Below are positions 1 to 9,335 of a DNA stretch of 32,000 nucleotides, piece after piece (positions within the stretch are counted from its first letter, which is position 1; each line of letters begins with the position of its first letter). The stretch is from Candidatus Saganbacteria bacterium (GTDB lineage Bacteria > Margulisbacteria > WOR-1 > JAKLHX01). Both the position numbers and the translations under genes were made by a program. The notes beneath the pieces were generated by a model that was given only the letters and a program-made list of their open reading frames with translations, did no database searches and had not been told where the DNA came from. The stretch covers positions 60,001 through 92,000 of the forward strand of contig JAPLKZ010000013.1 in the NCBI GenBank assembly GCA_026387835.1, written 5' to 3'.

Positions 1-51
1 TTTTTTTTGGTCTTCCCTGATCTCGAAAGTACCGAGATTTCTTCTGAACAT
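1..51 (-). CDS. 5' end of an unidentified CDS running off the window (MFRRNLGTFEIREDQKK...)
   Basis: Minus-strand ATG at 51, preceded by AAAGGAGTG at Shine-Dalgarno spacing; open to the window edge (17 codons). Confidence 0.4.
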   Translation of the reverse strand, partial: MFRRNLGTFEIREDQKK

Positions 52-139
52 ATTTCACTCCTTTGCCGCTATTTACTTGCAGCAAAGGTCTCTATACCAT
101 TTATCGTTTATTAGGAGCACAGACTTGCATGTGATACGA

Positions 140-535
140 TCACACGTGGTAGATTATCCCGCTTTTGCCCCAGAGGTCTTCGAGTTTGTATCTTGAGCGC
201 TCTTCCGTCCCCATGACATGCGCGATGACGCTGATCATGTCGAGTATCATCCAGTTCGAATCCGGCCGGCCCTGCCAGCGCGGAACCCTGACAGAGTTCT
301 TTTCCAGGACTTCATCTATGCCGCCGGCGATTGCGCCTGTCTGGGCTTTTGAAGAAGAGGAGCAGATGACAAAATAATTGCAGACGGATGAACTTTTCCT
401 TACATCTATTATCTCGATATCCTCAGCTTTTTTGTCAACAGCGCCTTTTGCGATGAGTTGCGCGAGCTTTTGAGAGGTGATCTCTTTGGGCCTGTCCGTT
501 CTTTTAGTTGGCTGCCGTCTCTTTCGGGATCTCAT
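140..535 (-). CDS. rsfS: Ribosomal silencing factor RsfS
   Basis: 131 aa; VCNYFVICSSSSKAQTGAIAGGIDEVLE...GRPDSNWMILDMISVIAHVMGTEERSRYKLEDLWG is typical of the RsfS/Iojap family. Confidence 0.93.
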   Translation of the reverse strand: MRSRKRRQPTKRTDRPKEITSQKLAQLIAKGAVDKKAEDIEIIDVRKSSSVCNYFVICSSSSKAQTGAIAGGIDEVLEKNSVRVPRWQGRPDSNWMILDMISVIAHVMGTEERSRYKLEDLWGKSGIIYHV

Positions 536-1481
536 TTACCCTCCTTCCTCTAAGGTATTGGTCGACTATAGGGATCACCTTGTCCATTTCAGGCTGCAGG
601 TAATAGATCCCATCGATCCTTGTGGATGTGCCGGGAATAGAGACCACCGCGATATTTCCTATCTCGTAGGACTGCCTTACCATGGACGCAAGTCCCAGGA
701 TCTGCGATGTGGATAAATTGGTCTCGACGCACCCCAGCATATCCATCAGCAGCTGGTAGACCTGCACGATATTCTTTGTGCCGGCCATTTCGGTTACAAC
801 TTCCTGAAGGAATTTTTGCTGGCGCTTTATGCGCCCAAAATCACCTTTTGCGTCATGCCGGAAGCGCAGGTAGCCTATCGCCTGTTTCCCGTTCAATCTC
901 TGTACTCCGGGCTTGAGGTCTATAAAAAGTCCTCCGGCGTAATCGACATAGTACATCCTCTGGTCCACATCGACCATCACTCCGCCGAGCCTGTCGATTA
1001 TATTTGCAAGGCCGTCTACTTTTATCTTGATATAGTAGTTGATGGGTACGTTCAGAAAACTTGATGTTGTCGCGCAGGCCAGTTCGGGGCCTCCGAAGGC
1101 GTACGCGTGATTTATTTTATCTATCCTGATCCCCGGGATGACGACGAGAGTATCTCTGGGGATCGATACGATGCTTACTGTCTTGCTTTCGGGATCGATA
1201 TGCATGACCATGATCGTGTCGGACCTGTTGACGCCTTCGGTGGCATCAATGCCAAGAAGCAGGATGTTCATCTCGGGGAACTGTACATTTGAAGGGGACA
1301 AAGTAAAAAGCATCTCGAATACCGATATCCGGCTGAGGATAAATGAGGCTGTAAACCCCAGAAAAGCGGAAAGAACTACAAGGATGACAGTGAAGAATAT
1401 CAGAAGTTTTGTCCAAGCTTTTCCCGAAGAATTTAAGCCGGAACGGGCCGCAATCTCCGGAAAAAGTTGTTTATCTGACAT
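504..1481 (-). CDS. LytR-CpsA-Psr (LCP) family protein
   Basis: N-terminal TM segment; NILLLGIDATEGVNRSDTIMVMHIDPESKTVSIVSIPRDTLVVIPG and AIGYLRFRHDAKGDFGRIKRQQKFL motifs. Confidence 0.93.
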   Translation of the reverse strand: MSDKQLFPEIAARSGLNSSGKAWTKLLIFFTVILVVLSAFLGFTASFILSRISVFEMLFTLSPSNVQFPEMNILLLGIDATEGVNRSDTIMVMHIDPESKTVSIVSIPRDTLVVIPGIRIDKINHAYAFGGPELACATTSSFLNVPINYYIKIKVDGLANIIDRLGGVMVDVDQRMYYVDYAGGLFIDLKPGVQRLNGKQAIGYLRFRHDAKGDFGRIKRQQKFLQEVVTEMAGTKNIVQVYQLLMDMLGCVETNLSTSQILGLASMVRQSYEIGNIAVVSIPGTSTRIDGIYYLQPEMDKVIPIVDQYLRGRRVNEIPKETAAN

Positions 1482-2042
1482 TTATTTTAAGTAATAATTC
1501 CTTGTAATGACTGTCCGGCAATAGACGGGCAAATTGTTTTTCAAAAGATATTGTATCATCTCTCCTGCCACAAGCGCAATCGCTTTTTCCATGTTCTTTT
1601 TCGCGGCCCCCCTTATTTTTTTTACATGGTGTTGTTTTCTGCCGGGTTCGATATGGTCCGCCAGATAAATGATCTTTTCAAGCTTTGTCATGTTTTCTTT
1701 TCCGGCGGTGTGATGGCCGATCGCGGAAAGGACCTCCCTGTCTTTTATCCCAAAATGCTTTCTGGCGATGACCGCGCTCACTTTGTCATGTAAAAGCTTC
1801 GGGTTCTGCAGGACGAAGCTGTCCAGTCTCAGTTTTTCTTTTTTTGCGGTTTTCAGCAGTTCACCGGGAGAAAGGGATTTTGCGCAATCATGGAGCAGTC
1901 CCGCTATCGTGGCTTTTTTTATGTCCGCGCCGTGGATCCTGGCCAGGCGGACAGCCGTTTTTGAAACTGACAAGCTGTGATCGAAGCGCTCGGCATCCAG
2001 AAGACAGCGCAGTTTTTCTTTTAATGATTTTTCTTCAGCCAT
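1482..2042 (-). CDS. yqeK: HD-domain protein, YqeK family (putative Ap4A hydrolase)
   Basis: HSLSVSKTAVRLARIHGAD...AGLLHDCAKSL...AIGHHTAGKENMTKLEKIIYLADHIEPGR. Start set at MAEEK rather than the upstream TTG (2051). Confidence 0.9.
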   Translation of the reverse strand: MAEEKSLKEKLRCLLDAERFDHSLSVSKTAVRLARIHGADIKKATIAGLLHDCAKSLSPGELLKTAKKEKLRLDSFVLQNPKLLHDKVSAVIARKHFGIKDREVLSAIGHHTAGKENMTKLEKIIYLADHIEPGRKQHHVKKIRGAAKKNMEKAIALVAGEMIQYLLKNNLPVYCRTVITRNYYLK

Positions 2043-2058
2043 GCTTTTCAATATAAAT

Positions 2059-2064
2059 ATTATA
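2059..2064 (-). promoter_or_regulatory. -10 box (TATAAT) for yqeK
   Basis: TATAAT on the minus strand, 16 nt before the ATG at 2042; divergent from the glmU promoter. Confidence 0.4.
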
Positions 2065-2071
2065 CCTCAAG

Positions 2072-2100
2072 TTGACGTGGATTTACCGAGATCCTATAAT
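2072..2100 (+). promoter_or_regulatory. Sigma70-type promoter of the glmU-like gene, predicted leaderless
   Basis: TTGACG (2072-2077), 17-nt spacer, TATAAT (2095-2100), 6 nt, ATG (2107). Confidence 0.8.
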
Positions 2101-2106
2101 TGAAAC

Positions 2107-2850
2107 ATGAAAAATATAACGGCGGTGATCCTTGCCGCCGGCAAAGGCACAAGGATGAAGTCCGACATGCCCAAAGTGCTGCACAAGCTTTGCGGAAAAC
2201 CCCTGTTGAGCTATGTGCTTGGATCAGTCAAAAAACTCGGGATAGCAGCGCCTTACGTAATAGTGGGCTACCAGGCCGGCAAAGTTAAAGCGTTGTACAA
2301 AGGCCGCAGCCTCCGTTTTGTCCTGCAGAAAAAGCAGCTGGGCACGGGGCACGCGCTGATGCAGACAAAGCCTTTTTTTGCCGGAAAAAATGTGACGATA
2401 CTTGTGCTGAACGGGGATATGCCCCTTATCAATGCCGATGTGCTCACAAAGCTGATCAGGCATCACCGTAAAAAAAACGCTTCCGCGACGGTTTTAACCG
2501 CCCTGATCGACGATCCATCGGGATACGGGCGAGTGATCAGGGACAAGCGCCTTGACATCGAGAAGATCGTGGAGCAGAAAGACGCGGTCCCCGGGGAGCT
2601 TGAGGTGAAAGAAATAAACACCGGGACATACTGTTTTGAAAGCGGGGAAATATTCTCTTCTCTGGACGAGATCAGGCCCGAGAACAGCCAGCACGAATAC
2701 TACCTCACGGACATAATACAGATACTGAAAAAACACCGTAAAAAAATCTCGGCCTGCTGCATGGATGACCCGTCACTTGCGATAGGCGTGAACACAAAAG
2801 AGCACCTTGAAGCCGCGGAAAAGATCATAAAAAGAAAAAGGACCGTTTGA
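2107..2850 (+). CDS. glmU: NTP transferase; N-acetylglucosamine-1-phosphate uridyltransferase domain (GlmU N-terminal half only)
   Basis: 247 aa; VILAAGKGTRMKSDMPKVLHKLCGKPLL, VLNGDMPLI and EINTGTYCFESGEIFSSLDEIRPENSQHEYYLTDII. No left-handed beta-helix hexapeptide region. Confidence 0.85.
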   Translation: MKNITAVILAAGKGTRMKSDMPKVLHKLCGKPLLSYVLGSVKKLGIAAPYVIVGYQAGKVKALYKGRSLRFVLQKKQLGTGHALMQTKPFFAGKNVTILVLNGDMPLINADVLTKLIRHHRKKNASATVLTALIDDPSGYGRVIRDKRLDIEKIVEQKDAVPGELEVKEINTGTYCFESGEIFSSLDEIRPENSQHEYYLTDIIQILKKHRKKISACCMDDPSLAIGVNTKEHLEAAEKIIKRKRTV

Positions 2851-2930
2851 TATAAAAGGGCATTATGCGGTCCGCGTGGTATAATTGATGGATAAAAATC
2901 GGGTGTCCGCTAAGATCACGGAGATCATTG

Positions 2931-4235
2931 ATGAATAAAATTCTTATCTTTTCAAAAGACCCGTCAGTCTGCCCCGGCATCGAAAATATGCTTAGCGGCA
3001 GTTACAACGTGCACAGCGTTTCAGACCTGAACGAAGCTCTCGAGCACATGAGGAACAAGCATTCCGACATCATAGTGATCGACGGCGACTGCGAGGGGAT
3101 AAACGGCCTTGAAGCCTTTAAGACCATAAAAAGCGTGGTGCCGCACCTGAAGGCAGTGATGATCTCAAAGAAAGGCAATATCAACGAAGCTGTGGCAGCC
3201 GCAAAAAAGGGAGTACTCGAACTCATACCCAAACCGCTAAGCAAGGAATCGCTGGAGGGATCGATCGAAAAGATAATTTCAAGGTCGCAGTATCCCGGAA
3301 GGATGGTCATTCCTGATGACACGGTCCCATGGCTTGAAGGGACAAGCGCTGTTGTACAGGAGATGTTCGTTAAGATCGAGGAGGCGGCTTTAAGCGAGCA
3401 GGATGTGATGCTTATCGGCACTATAGGCGCTTCAAAAAAAATGGTCGGCCGCCTGATCCATGACAATTCCCCTAACAGGAAAAAGAAATTTATTGAACTG
3501 AACCTGACGGCTTTTGAAAAGGAGTCTTCAGAATCCATGTTCTGGACGGCCGTGAACGAGCTTCTTGCCGATCATTCATCTGATACAAGGTCCGAGAAAG
3601 AGGCCAGCGGCACTATATTCCTGGACGGGTTCGACCTCCTGCCGGTGCATTTTGAGCAGAGCATCCTGGAATTCCTGAAGAACAGGAGCGCTGCCAAGAT
3701 CGACAAGTCTATCAAGATAATTCTTGGTACGGCCGGCGACATTGCCGTCAGTATGGAAGGCAAGGGAAAGTTGATCGAAGATTTTATAAAGATCCGCATC
3801 CCTGAAATAGAGGAAAGAAAAGAAGATATCCCTGCGATGCTCAAAGCATATACCGATAAATTTTGCGCAAGACATGACAAGAACATCAAGGGTTTTTCAT
3901 CCGACGCGCTTCAACTCATGATGGACTACAGCTGGCCGGGGAACTGCGACGAGCTGAGTTCCGTGGCCGAAGCGGCCGTGCTGAGAGCCAAGGGCGATTA
4001 CATAGATATTTCCGACCTGCCGGTGGACTCTTCAATGATACTGGGCGCGTCGCTTAAAAAGGCCATGGTCAAAGGGGATTGGGACCTTTCATCCTCAAAA
4101 GATATATTCCATAAAAGATTGATAAATACAGTGCTAAAGAGCAGCGGGAACGACACTGATGCCGCCTCAAGGATCCTGGACGTTCCGAAAACTACCATCC
4201 TGGACAGCGTCAAAAAGCTCGGGATACGTATCTAG
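2931..4235 (+). CDS. NtrC-like response regulator with receiver, degenerate AAA+ and Fis-type HTH
   Basis: Receiver-like N-terminus (DIIVIDGDCEGINGLEAF, PKP), AAA+ remnants (GTIFLDGFDLLP, IRIPEIEERKEDIPAM, YSWPGNCDEL), C-terminal HTH (NDTDAASRILDVPKTTILDSVKKLGI). Confidence 0.82.
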   Translation: MNKILIFSKDPSVCPGIENMLSGSYNVHSVSDLNEALEHMRNKHSDIIVIDGDCEGINGLEAFKTIKSVVPHLKAVMISKKGNINEAVAAAKKGVLELIPKPLSKESLEGSIEKIISRSQYPGRMVIPDDTVPWLEGTSAVVQEMFVKIEEAALSEQDVMLIGTIGASKKMVGRLIHDNSPNRKKKFIELNLTAFEKESSESMFWTAVNELLADHSSDTRSEKEASGTIFLDGFDLLPVHFEQSILEFLKNRSAAKIDKSIKIILGTAGDIAVSMEGKGKLIEDFIKIRIPEIEERKEDIPAMLKAYTDKFCARHDKNIKGFSSDALQLMMDYSWPGNCDELSSVAEAAVLRAKGDYIDISDLPVDSSMILGASLKKAMVKGDWDLSSSKDIFHKRLINTVLKSSGNDTDAASRILDVPKTTILDSVKKLGIRI

Positions 4236-5587
4236 ACCAGATCTTTCACCTCATCGACAAGGCGTCTTGTGCTTTCAATATCTTTTCCTTCGGCGATCAC
4301 GCGCACGACCGGCTCGGTATTCGAGGCCCTGACGTGTATCCAGCCGTCCGGCAGGTCTATCCTTATTCCGTCTGACATATCCATCTTGCATCCTTTGAAT
4401 TTTTCCCTGACCTTTTCAAGCAATGCTTTTGTGAGGCCGCTGTCGTCAAGAGCGATCTTTTCCTTGATCATATAATACGCCGGTATCTCTTTGATAATAG
4501 AAGACAGTTTTTTGCCTCTGGCGGCAAGGCAGTTCAGTATCAGGCCCATCCCCGTGATGCTGTCGCGGCCGTAACCGACCTTGGGATATATTATCCCGCC
4601 GTTGCCTTCACCACCGGCAGATGCGTTCGTCTGCTTCATCTTTTCGGAGACATTGACTTCGCCGACCTTTGTCCTTTCGAGCGTTGCCCCGTATCTTTTT
4701 GCGGCATCTTCCGTCATCCTGCTTGTCGAAAGATTCGTCACGACGGTCTTTTTCTTGCCGTTCTTTTCCCTTGAAAGGATGAAATCGACAGCAAGCACGA
4801 GGGAATACTCTTCTCCAATGGCTTTTCCTTCGTCAGAAACGATCGAGAGCCGGTCCGCGTCGGGATCCTGCGCGAAACCGATATCAGCACCGAATTTTTT
4901 TACCATGTCGCACAGCGCTTTGAGATTACCCGGAACGGGCTCGAGGCCTCTTAAAGGATCTTTACCCGGCTGCGTGTTTATCGCGATGATCTCGCAGCCG
5001 AGTTTATTTAGAAGCTTTTTTGTAATGACCGATCCGGCGCCGTTGCAGCAGTCGATCGCGACCTTGAAGTTTTTATTCTTGATCAGCTCGACATCGATGC
5101 ATTTGAGCACAAGCCCGACGTGGCGGTCAAGAGCGCCGACATCTTTATGAAAACAACTGGCCGCGAGATCTCCGGAGCTTACACGCGGGCCTTTTTTCAG
5201 GCCTTCATAGATGCCGATAAGTCTTTTTGCCTGCTCTTCGTTCAAAAAGATCCCGTCATCCCTTACGAATTTGAGGCCGTTCCATTCAAGCGGATTGTGG
5301 CTCGCGGTTATTATCATCGCGCCACCGGCTTTCTTGTCCCTGACAGTCACCTGCACGGTGGGTGTCGGCGCGATGCCGATATCGATGACCTCTATCCCGT
5401 TCCTGCAGAGCTCATTTATCACGATGTCCCTGATAAAACCCTCGGAACTTCTTCCGTCGCTCCCAAGTATCACCGTGCCGCCGCCGATATATGAAGAAAA
5501 AGCTTTCGTAAAACCAAGGATCACGTCTTCGGTCAATGATCCTCCTATGGTCCCGCGGACTCCGGATATGCTTACTTTCAGTGTCAT
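4232..5587 (-). CDS. Phosphoglucomutase/phosphomannomutase family (alpha-D-phosphohexomutase)
   Basis: MTLKVSISGVRGTIGG start, MIITASHNPLEWNGLKFV active-site serine loop, DPDADRLSIV metal loop, RASNTEPVVRVIAEG phosphate-binding loop. Start set at M28 of the ORF track. Confidence 0.92.
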   Translation of the reverse strand: MTLKVSISGVRGTIGGSLTEDVILGFTKAFSSYIGGGTVILGSDGRSSEGFIRDIVINELCRNGIEVIDIGIAPTPTVQVTVRDKKAGGAMIITASHNPLEWNGLKFVRDDGIFLNEEQAKRLIGIYEGLKKGPRVSSGDLAASCFHKDVGALDRHVGLVLKCIDVELIKNKNFKVAIDCCNGAGSVITKKLLNKLGCEIIAINTQPGKDPLRGLEPVPGNLKALCDMVKKFGADIGFAQDPDADRLSIVSDEGKAIGEEYSLVLAVDFILSREKNGKKKTVVTNLSTSRMTEDAAKRYGATLERTKVGEVNVSEKMKQTNASAGGEGNGGIIYPKVGYGRDSITGMGLILNCLAARGKKLSSIIKEIPAYYMIKEKIALDDSGLTKALLEKVREKFKGCKMDMSDGIRIDLPDGWIHVRASNTEPVVRVIAEGKDIESTRRLVDEVKDLV

Positions 5588-5593
5588 GAAGGA

Positions 5594-5602
5594 ATTATAG
5601 CA
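5594..5602 (-). promoter_or_regulatory. Extended -10 (TGCTATAAT) for the phosphohexomutase gene, predicted leaderless
   Basis: Minus strand TGC-TATAAT-TCCTTC-ATG; 6 nt from -10 to ATG (5587). A weak -35 (TTGGAG) lies 18 nt upstream. Confidence 0.7.
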
Positions 5603-5631
5603 AAAAACCGAGTCCGACTCCAAAAATATCC

Positions 5632-5659
5632 TTGCAGTTTCCGGAATAGTTTGTATAAT
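5632..5659 (+). promoter_or_regulatory. Promoter of the LigB-like/AMMECR1 pair
   Basis: TTGCAG (5632-5637), 16 nt, TATAAT (5654-5659), 11 nt before the ATG. Confidence 0.6.
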
Positions 5660-5670
5660 ATTAAACATAA

Positions 5671-6471
5671 ATGGGAAAAATAGTTTACGGGATGATATCC
5701 CCGCATCCCCCGATACTCGTCCCCCAGATAGGAGGACAAAGGATAAAGGATGCGGAAAAGACGAAAAAGGCGCTGGAAGCCGCTTCGAAAAAGCTGAAGA
5801 CGTTAAATCCTGACACCGTGATCATCATCACTCCTCACGGGGAAATATCACAGACCACGGTGCACGTCTATTCAAGCCATATATTTGAAGGCGACTTCGG
5901 CCAGTTCGGGGCATCGCAGGTCAAGGTTTCATGCAAGGGCGACACGGAGCTTGGCCGCCGTATCGTTAAAGAAGCGTCCGCGACAAAGATCTTTTGCGCG
6001 GAGATAGCAGAATCATATCTTGACCACGGGATAATGGTCCCGCTCCATTATATTCAATCGGCGGGATTCAAGGGGCGCCTGCTGCCCGTGGCGATATCGT
6101 TTTCCTCTCTCAAAGAGCTTTTTGAGTTCGGCAGGATAATGCAGTCGGCGGTAAAAGCTTCCGGAGAAAACGTCGCGATCGTCGCTTCCGCCGACATGTC
6201 GCACAGACTTAAGAAAGACTCTCCGAACGGTTACAGCGAAAAAGGTGCGGTGTTCGATAATAAACTTGTCGAGCTCGTAAAAAACAACGATGTAAACGGC
6301 ATACTTAATTTTGACCCTGTCCTTGCGGAACAGGCCGGCCAGGACGCTCTCTGGTCGATCGCCATTTTGCTCGGTGCTCTTGACGGATTGAGGTGCAGGC
6401 ATGAACTGCTTTCATACGAAGGGCCGTACGGCGTAGGTTATATGGTCGCGAAATATGAGGTAGATCAGTAA
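5671..6471 (+). CDS. Class III extradiol dioxygenase-like (LigB/Memo superfamily) protein, AMMECR1-associated
   Basis: 266 aa; GMISPHPPILVPQIGG, TVIIITPHG, DHGIMVPLHYI, VAIVASADMSHRL. Confidence 0.82.
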   Translation: MGKIVYGMISPHPPILVPQIGGQRIKDAEKTKKALEAASKKLKTLNPDTVIIITPHGEISQTTVHVYSSHIFEGDFGQFGASQVKVSCKGDTELGRRIVKEASATKIFCAEIAESYLDHGIMVPLHYIQSAGFKGRLLPVAISFSSLKELFEFGRIMQSAVKASGENVAIVASADMSHRLKKDSPNGYSEKGAVFDNKLVELVKNNDVNGILNFDPVLAEQAGQDALWSIAILLGALDGLRCRHELLSYEGPYGVGYMVAKYEVDQ

Positions 6472-6983
6472 TGTTGCATCCTCTGGTTGTCCTTGCAAAA
6501 AATGCGATCGCTTCCTATGTCAAAGAAAAGAAGATCATCGATGTTCCCGACACTTTGATCCCCGAGATGAAAGGCCGTGCGGGGACATTCGTATCGGTGC
6601 ACACTTTAAACGGAGCTCTGCGCGGCTGCATCGGCACGTTCGCTCCCACACGGGAAAATATTGCAAGGGAGATCATCTACAATGCGATATCGGCGGCGAC
6701 GCAGGACCCGAGATTCCCTCCGATAGAGGCCGATGAACTTGACGGCCTTGATATCTCGGTCGATGTGCTGAGCGAGGCTGTGCCGGTCGGCAGCATTAAA
6801 GAGCTTGATGCAAAAAAATACGGCGTGATCGTGAAAGCGGGCAACAGGAAAGGCCTTTTGCTTCCCGATCTCGACGGCGTGGACACTCCCGAGCATCAGA
6901 TCTCAATATGCAGGAGAAAAGGCGGTATCGGAGAGAGAGAACCGGCCGAGCTGTTCAAATTTACCGTAAAAAGATATCATTGA
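6471..6983 (+). CDS. AMMECR1 domain protein (AmmeMemoRadiSam system protein A-like)
   Basis: 170 aa; GTFVSVHTLNGALRGCIGTFAP, AISAATQDPRFPPIEADELDGLDISVDVLS, GNRKGLLLPDLDGVDTPE. Overlaps the upstream stop/start region. Confidence 0.93.
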   Translation: MLHPLVVLAKNAIASYVKEKKIIDVPDTLIPEMKGRAGTFVSVHTLNGALRGCIGTFAPTRENIAREIIYNAISAATQDPRFPPIEADELDGLDISVDVLSEAVPVGSIKELDAKKYGVIVKAGNRKGLLLPDLDGVDTPEHQISICRRKGGIGEREPAELFKFTVKRYH

Positions 6984-7034
6984 CATAAGAACAGCATCGC
7001 GATACTCTCATATATATAAACAGAAAGGACATAT

Positions 7035-8087
7035 ATGAACAAAAAGATCAAAGCGGGTCTTATGGGGGCGGCAGGGTATGCCGGCATCGGGATAATCCAG
7101 ATACTTAATGATCATCCGGAAGCGGAGATATCATGGTTGTCCAGCGAGGAAGCGCACTCGGGCAGGAAAATATCGGATATCCGGCCTTCGCTTGACGGGC
7201 TTTGCGACATGACCTGCAATCCTCCGGATATTTCAGGACTAATAGATAAAGCGGATGTCATTTTTTTGGCCGTGCCGAACGGGCTTGCGATGAAATGGGC
7301 GCCGAAGATCCTTGAAAAAGGCAGGAAAGTTATCGACATAAGCGCGGATTTCAGGATAAAGGACCTGAAGGAATATTCGAAATGGTACAAGATCGACCAT
7401 GCAAGCCCCGGCCTTGTCGCTGAAGCGGTCTACGGCCTTCCGGAACTGTTCAAGGACAAGATAAAGACTGCCCGCCTTATCGCGAACCCGGGCTGCTACC
7501 CGACAGCTTCAATACTCGGCATAGCGCCGCTTGTGAAGAACAGGCTGGTAAAAACAGAGTCGATAATAATCGATGCGAAAAGCGGGATCTCGGGAGCAGG
7601 AGCGGCATTGACGGATATTACGCATTTTCCGGAGTGCAACGAAAATATCAGGGCATACGCGGTCGCTTCGCACCGCCACAATCCCGAGATAGACCGGATC
7701 GTCAGCGAAATAGCCGGCAAGAATATCATTACGACATTCACTCCGCACCTGGTGCCGATGAACAGGGGCATCCTTGCGACGATCTACGCGGACCTTGTAT
7801 CTCCGATGTCCGTCGACGAGGTCATGGCGGCTTTCAGGGACCTGTACAAAGGCGCGGCATTCGTCAGGATACTTGAAAAAGGAAAGCTCCCGGCGACAAA
7901 GTATGTGAGCTGTTCAAATTACTGCGATATCAATGCGGTCGTCGACGAAAGGACGAACAGGGTCATTGTGATGAGCGCGATCGATAATCTTGTAAAAGGC
8001 GCCGCGGGACAGGCGGTGCAGAACATGAACATAATGTTCGGCTTGGATGAAAGATCCGGGTTAAGGAGGATGCCGGTATACCCGTAA
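7035..8087 (+). CDS. argC: N-acetyl-gamma-glutamyl-phosphate reductase
   Basis: GLMGAAGYAGIGIIQIL, IANPGCYPTASILGIAPLVK, TPHLVPMNRGILATIY. Confidence 0.96.
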   Translation: MNKKIKAGLMGAAGYAGIGIIQILNDHPEAEISWLSSEEAHSGRKISDIRPSLDGLCDMTCNPPDISGLIDKADVIFLAVPNGLAMKWAPKILEKGRKVIDISADFRIKDLKEYSKWYKIDHASPGLVAEAVYGLPELFKDKIKTARLIANPGCYPTASILGIAPLVKNRLVKTESIIIDAKSGISGAGAALTDITHFPECNENIRAYAVASHRHNPEIDRIVSEIAGKNIITTFTPHLVPMNRGILATIYADLVSPMSVDEVMAAFRDLYKGAAFVRILEKGKLPATKYVSCSNYCDINAVVDERTNRVIVMSAIDNLVKGAAGQAVQNMNIMFGLDERSGLRRMPVYP

Positions 8088-9325
8088 TGAAAAAAGGCAA
8101 AAGCACTAAAGTCAGGATCAACGAAAAATTTAAGTTGATTGAGGGAGGCATTTGCGCTCCGAAGATGTTCCTTTCCGCAGGAACGGCTTGCGGTATAAAA
8201 AAGTCAAATAAAAAAGACATTGCGCTTATCTATACCCCGCACATTGCTTCGGCCGCGGCGGTGTTCACGACAAATAAAGTCAAAGCAGCTCCGATACTTG
8301 TTTCTCAAAAAAATATCAAAGGGGGAAAAGCACATGCGGTAATAGTGAACTCCGGCAACGCGAACGCGTGCACGGGCAGGCAGGGAATGAAAGATGCCTG
8401 GGAGATGATAAATCAGACCGCCGCGGCGATGAAGATACTACCTTCCCATGTCCTGGTAGCGTCTACCGGAATAATAGGCGTTCCTCTTCCGACGAAGAAC
8501 ATCTCATCCGGTATCTGGACTGTATCAAGGATGATAAAAAGGCATGATCCTGGTGACGCGGCCGAGGCGATCATGACGACAGATACCAGGAAAAAAAGCG
8601 TGGCCGTAGAGCTCGTATTCGGAAAGAACAGGAGAGTAAGGATAGGAGGGATCGCGAAAGGCTCCGGAATGATATGCCCTGACATGGCGACGATGATAGC
8701 GGTACTGACAACGGACGCGCTCATCGGTCCAAAACCGCTTCAAAAAGCGCTGAAAGAAGCGGTCAGCGATTCTTTCAACATGCTGACCGTTGACAATGAT
8801 ATGAGCACCAACGACTGCGTATTCATTTTAGCCAACGGGCAGAGCGAGAAAGTGACCACGGGTAAAAAGTTCGAGCAATTTGTCAGCGCGTTGAAATATG
8901 TCTGCTGCTGCCTTGCAAAAGAGATCGCGCGGGACGGGGAAGGCGCGACAAAACTCATCACGATCAATGTCACGGGAGCACGATCAAAGGAGGACGCGAG
9001 AAAGACGGCAAAATCCATTGCGGGTTCCAGCCTTTTTAAATGTGCTGTGTTCGGCACGGACCCGAATTTCGGCAGGATCCTTGCGGCTGCAGGATACTCG
9101 GGTGCCGGAATTGATCCCGACAGGATAGAAGTGGACATTGAAGGCGTAAAACTTGTGAAAAATGGCGTGCCGCTCAGGTTTGACGCGCAAAAAGCTGTCG
9201 GATGCCTGAAAAAAGATAAAGTCATAATAAATGTGGACCTTAATCAGGGAAAATACAGCGCGACGGCATGGGGCTGCGACATGACGGAAGGTTATATAAA
9301 AATAAACGCGCACTATCATACATAG
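8087..9325 (+). CDS. argJ: Bifunctional ornithine acetyltransferase / N-acetylglutamate synthase
   Basis: AVIVNSGNANACTGRQG, GSGMICPDMATMIAVLTTDA (self-cleavage Thr region), TVDNDMSTNDCVFILAN. Confidence 0.96.
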   Translation: MKKGKSTKVRINEKFKLIEGGICAPKMFLSAGTACGIKKSNKKDIALIYTPHIASAAAVFTTNKVKAAPILVSQKNIKGGKAHAVIVNSGNANACTGRQGMKDAWEMINQTAAAMKILPSHVLVASTGIIGVPLPTKNISSGIWTVSRMIKRHDPGDAAEAIMTTDTRKKSVAVELVFGKNRRVRIGGIAKGSGMICPDMATMIAVLTTDALIGPKPLQKALKEAVSDSFNMLTVDNDMSTNDCVFILANGQSEKVTTGKKFEQFVSALKYVCCCLAKEIARDGEGATKLITINVTGARSKEDARKTAKSIAGSSLFKCAVFGTDPNFGRILAAAGYSGAGIDPDRIEVDIEGVKLVKNGVPLRFDAQKAVGCLKKDKVIINVDLNQGKYSATAWGCDMTEGYIKINAHYHT

Positions 9326-9335
9326 GGAGAGGATC

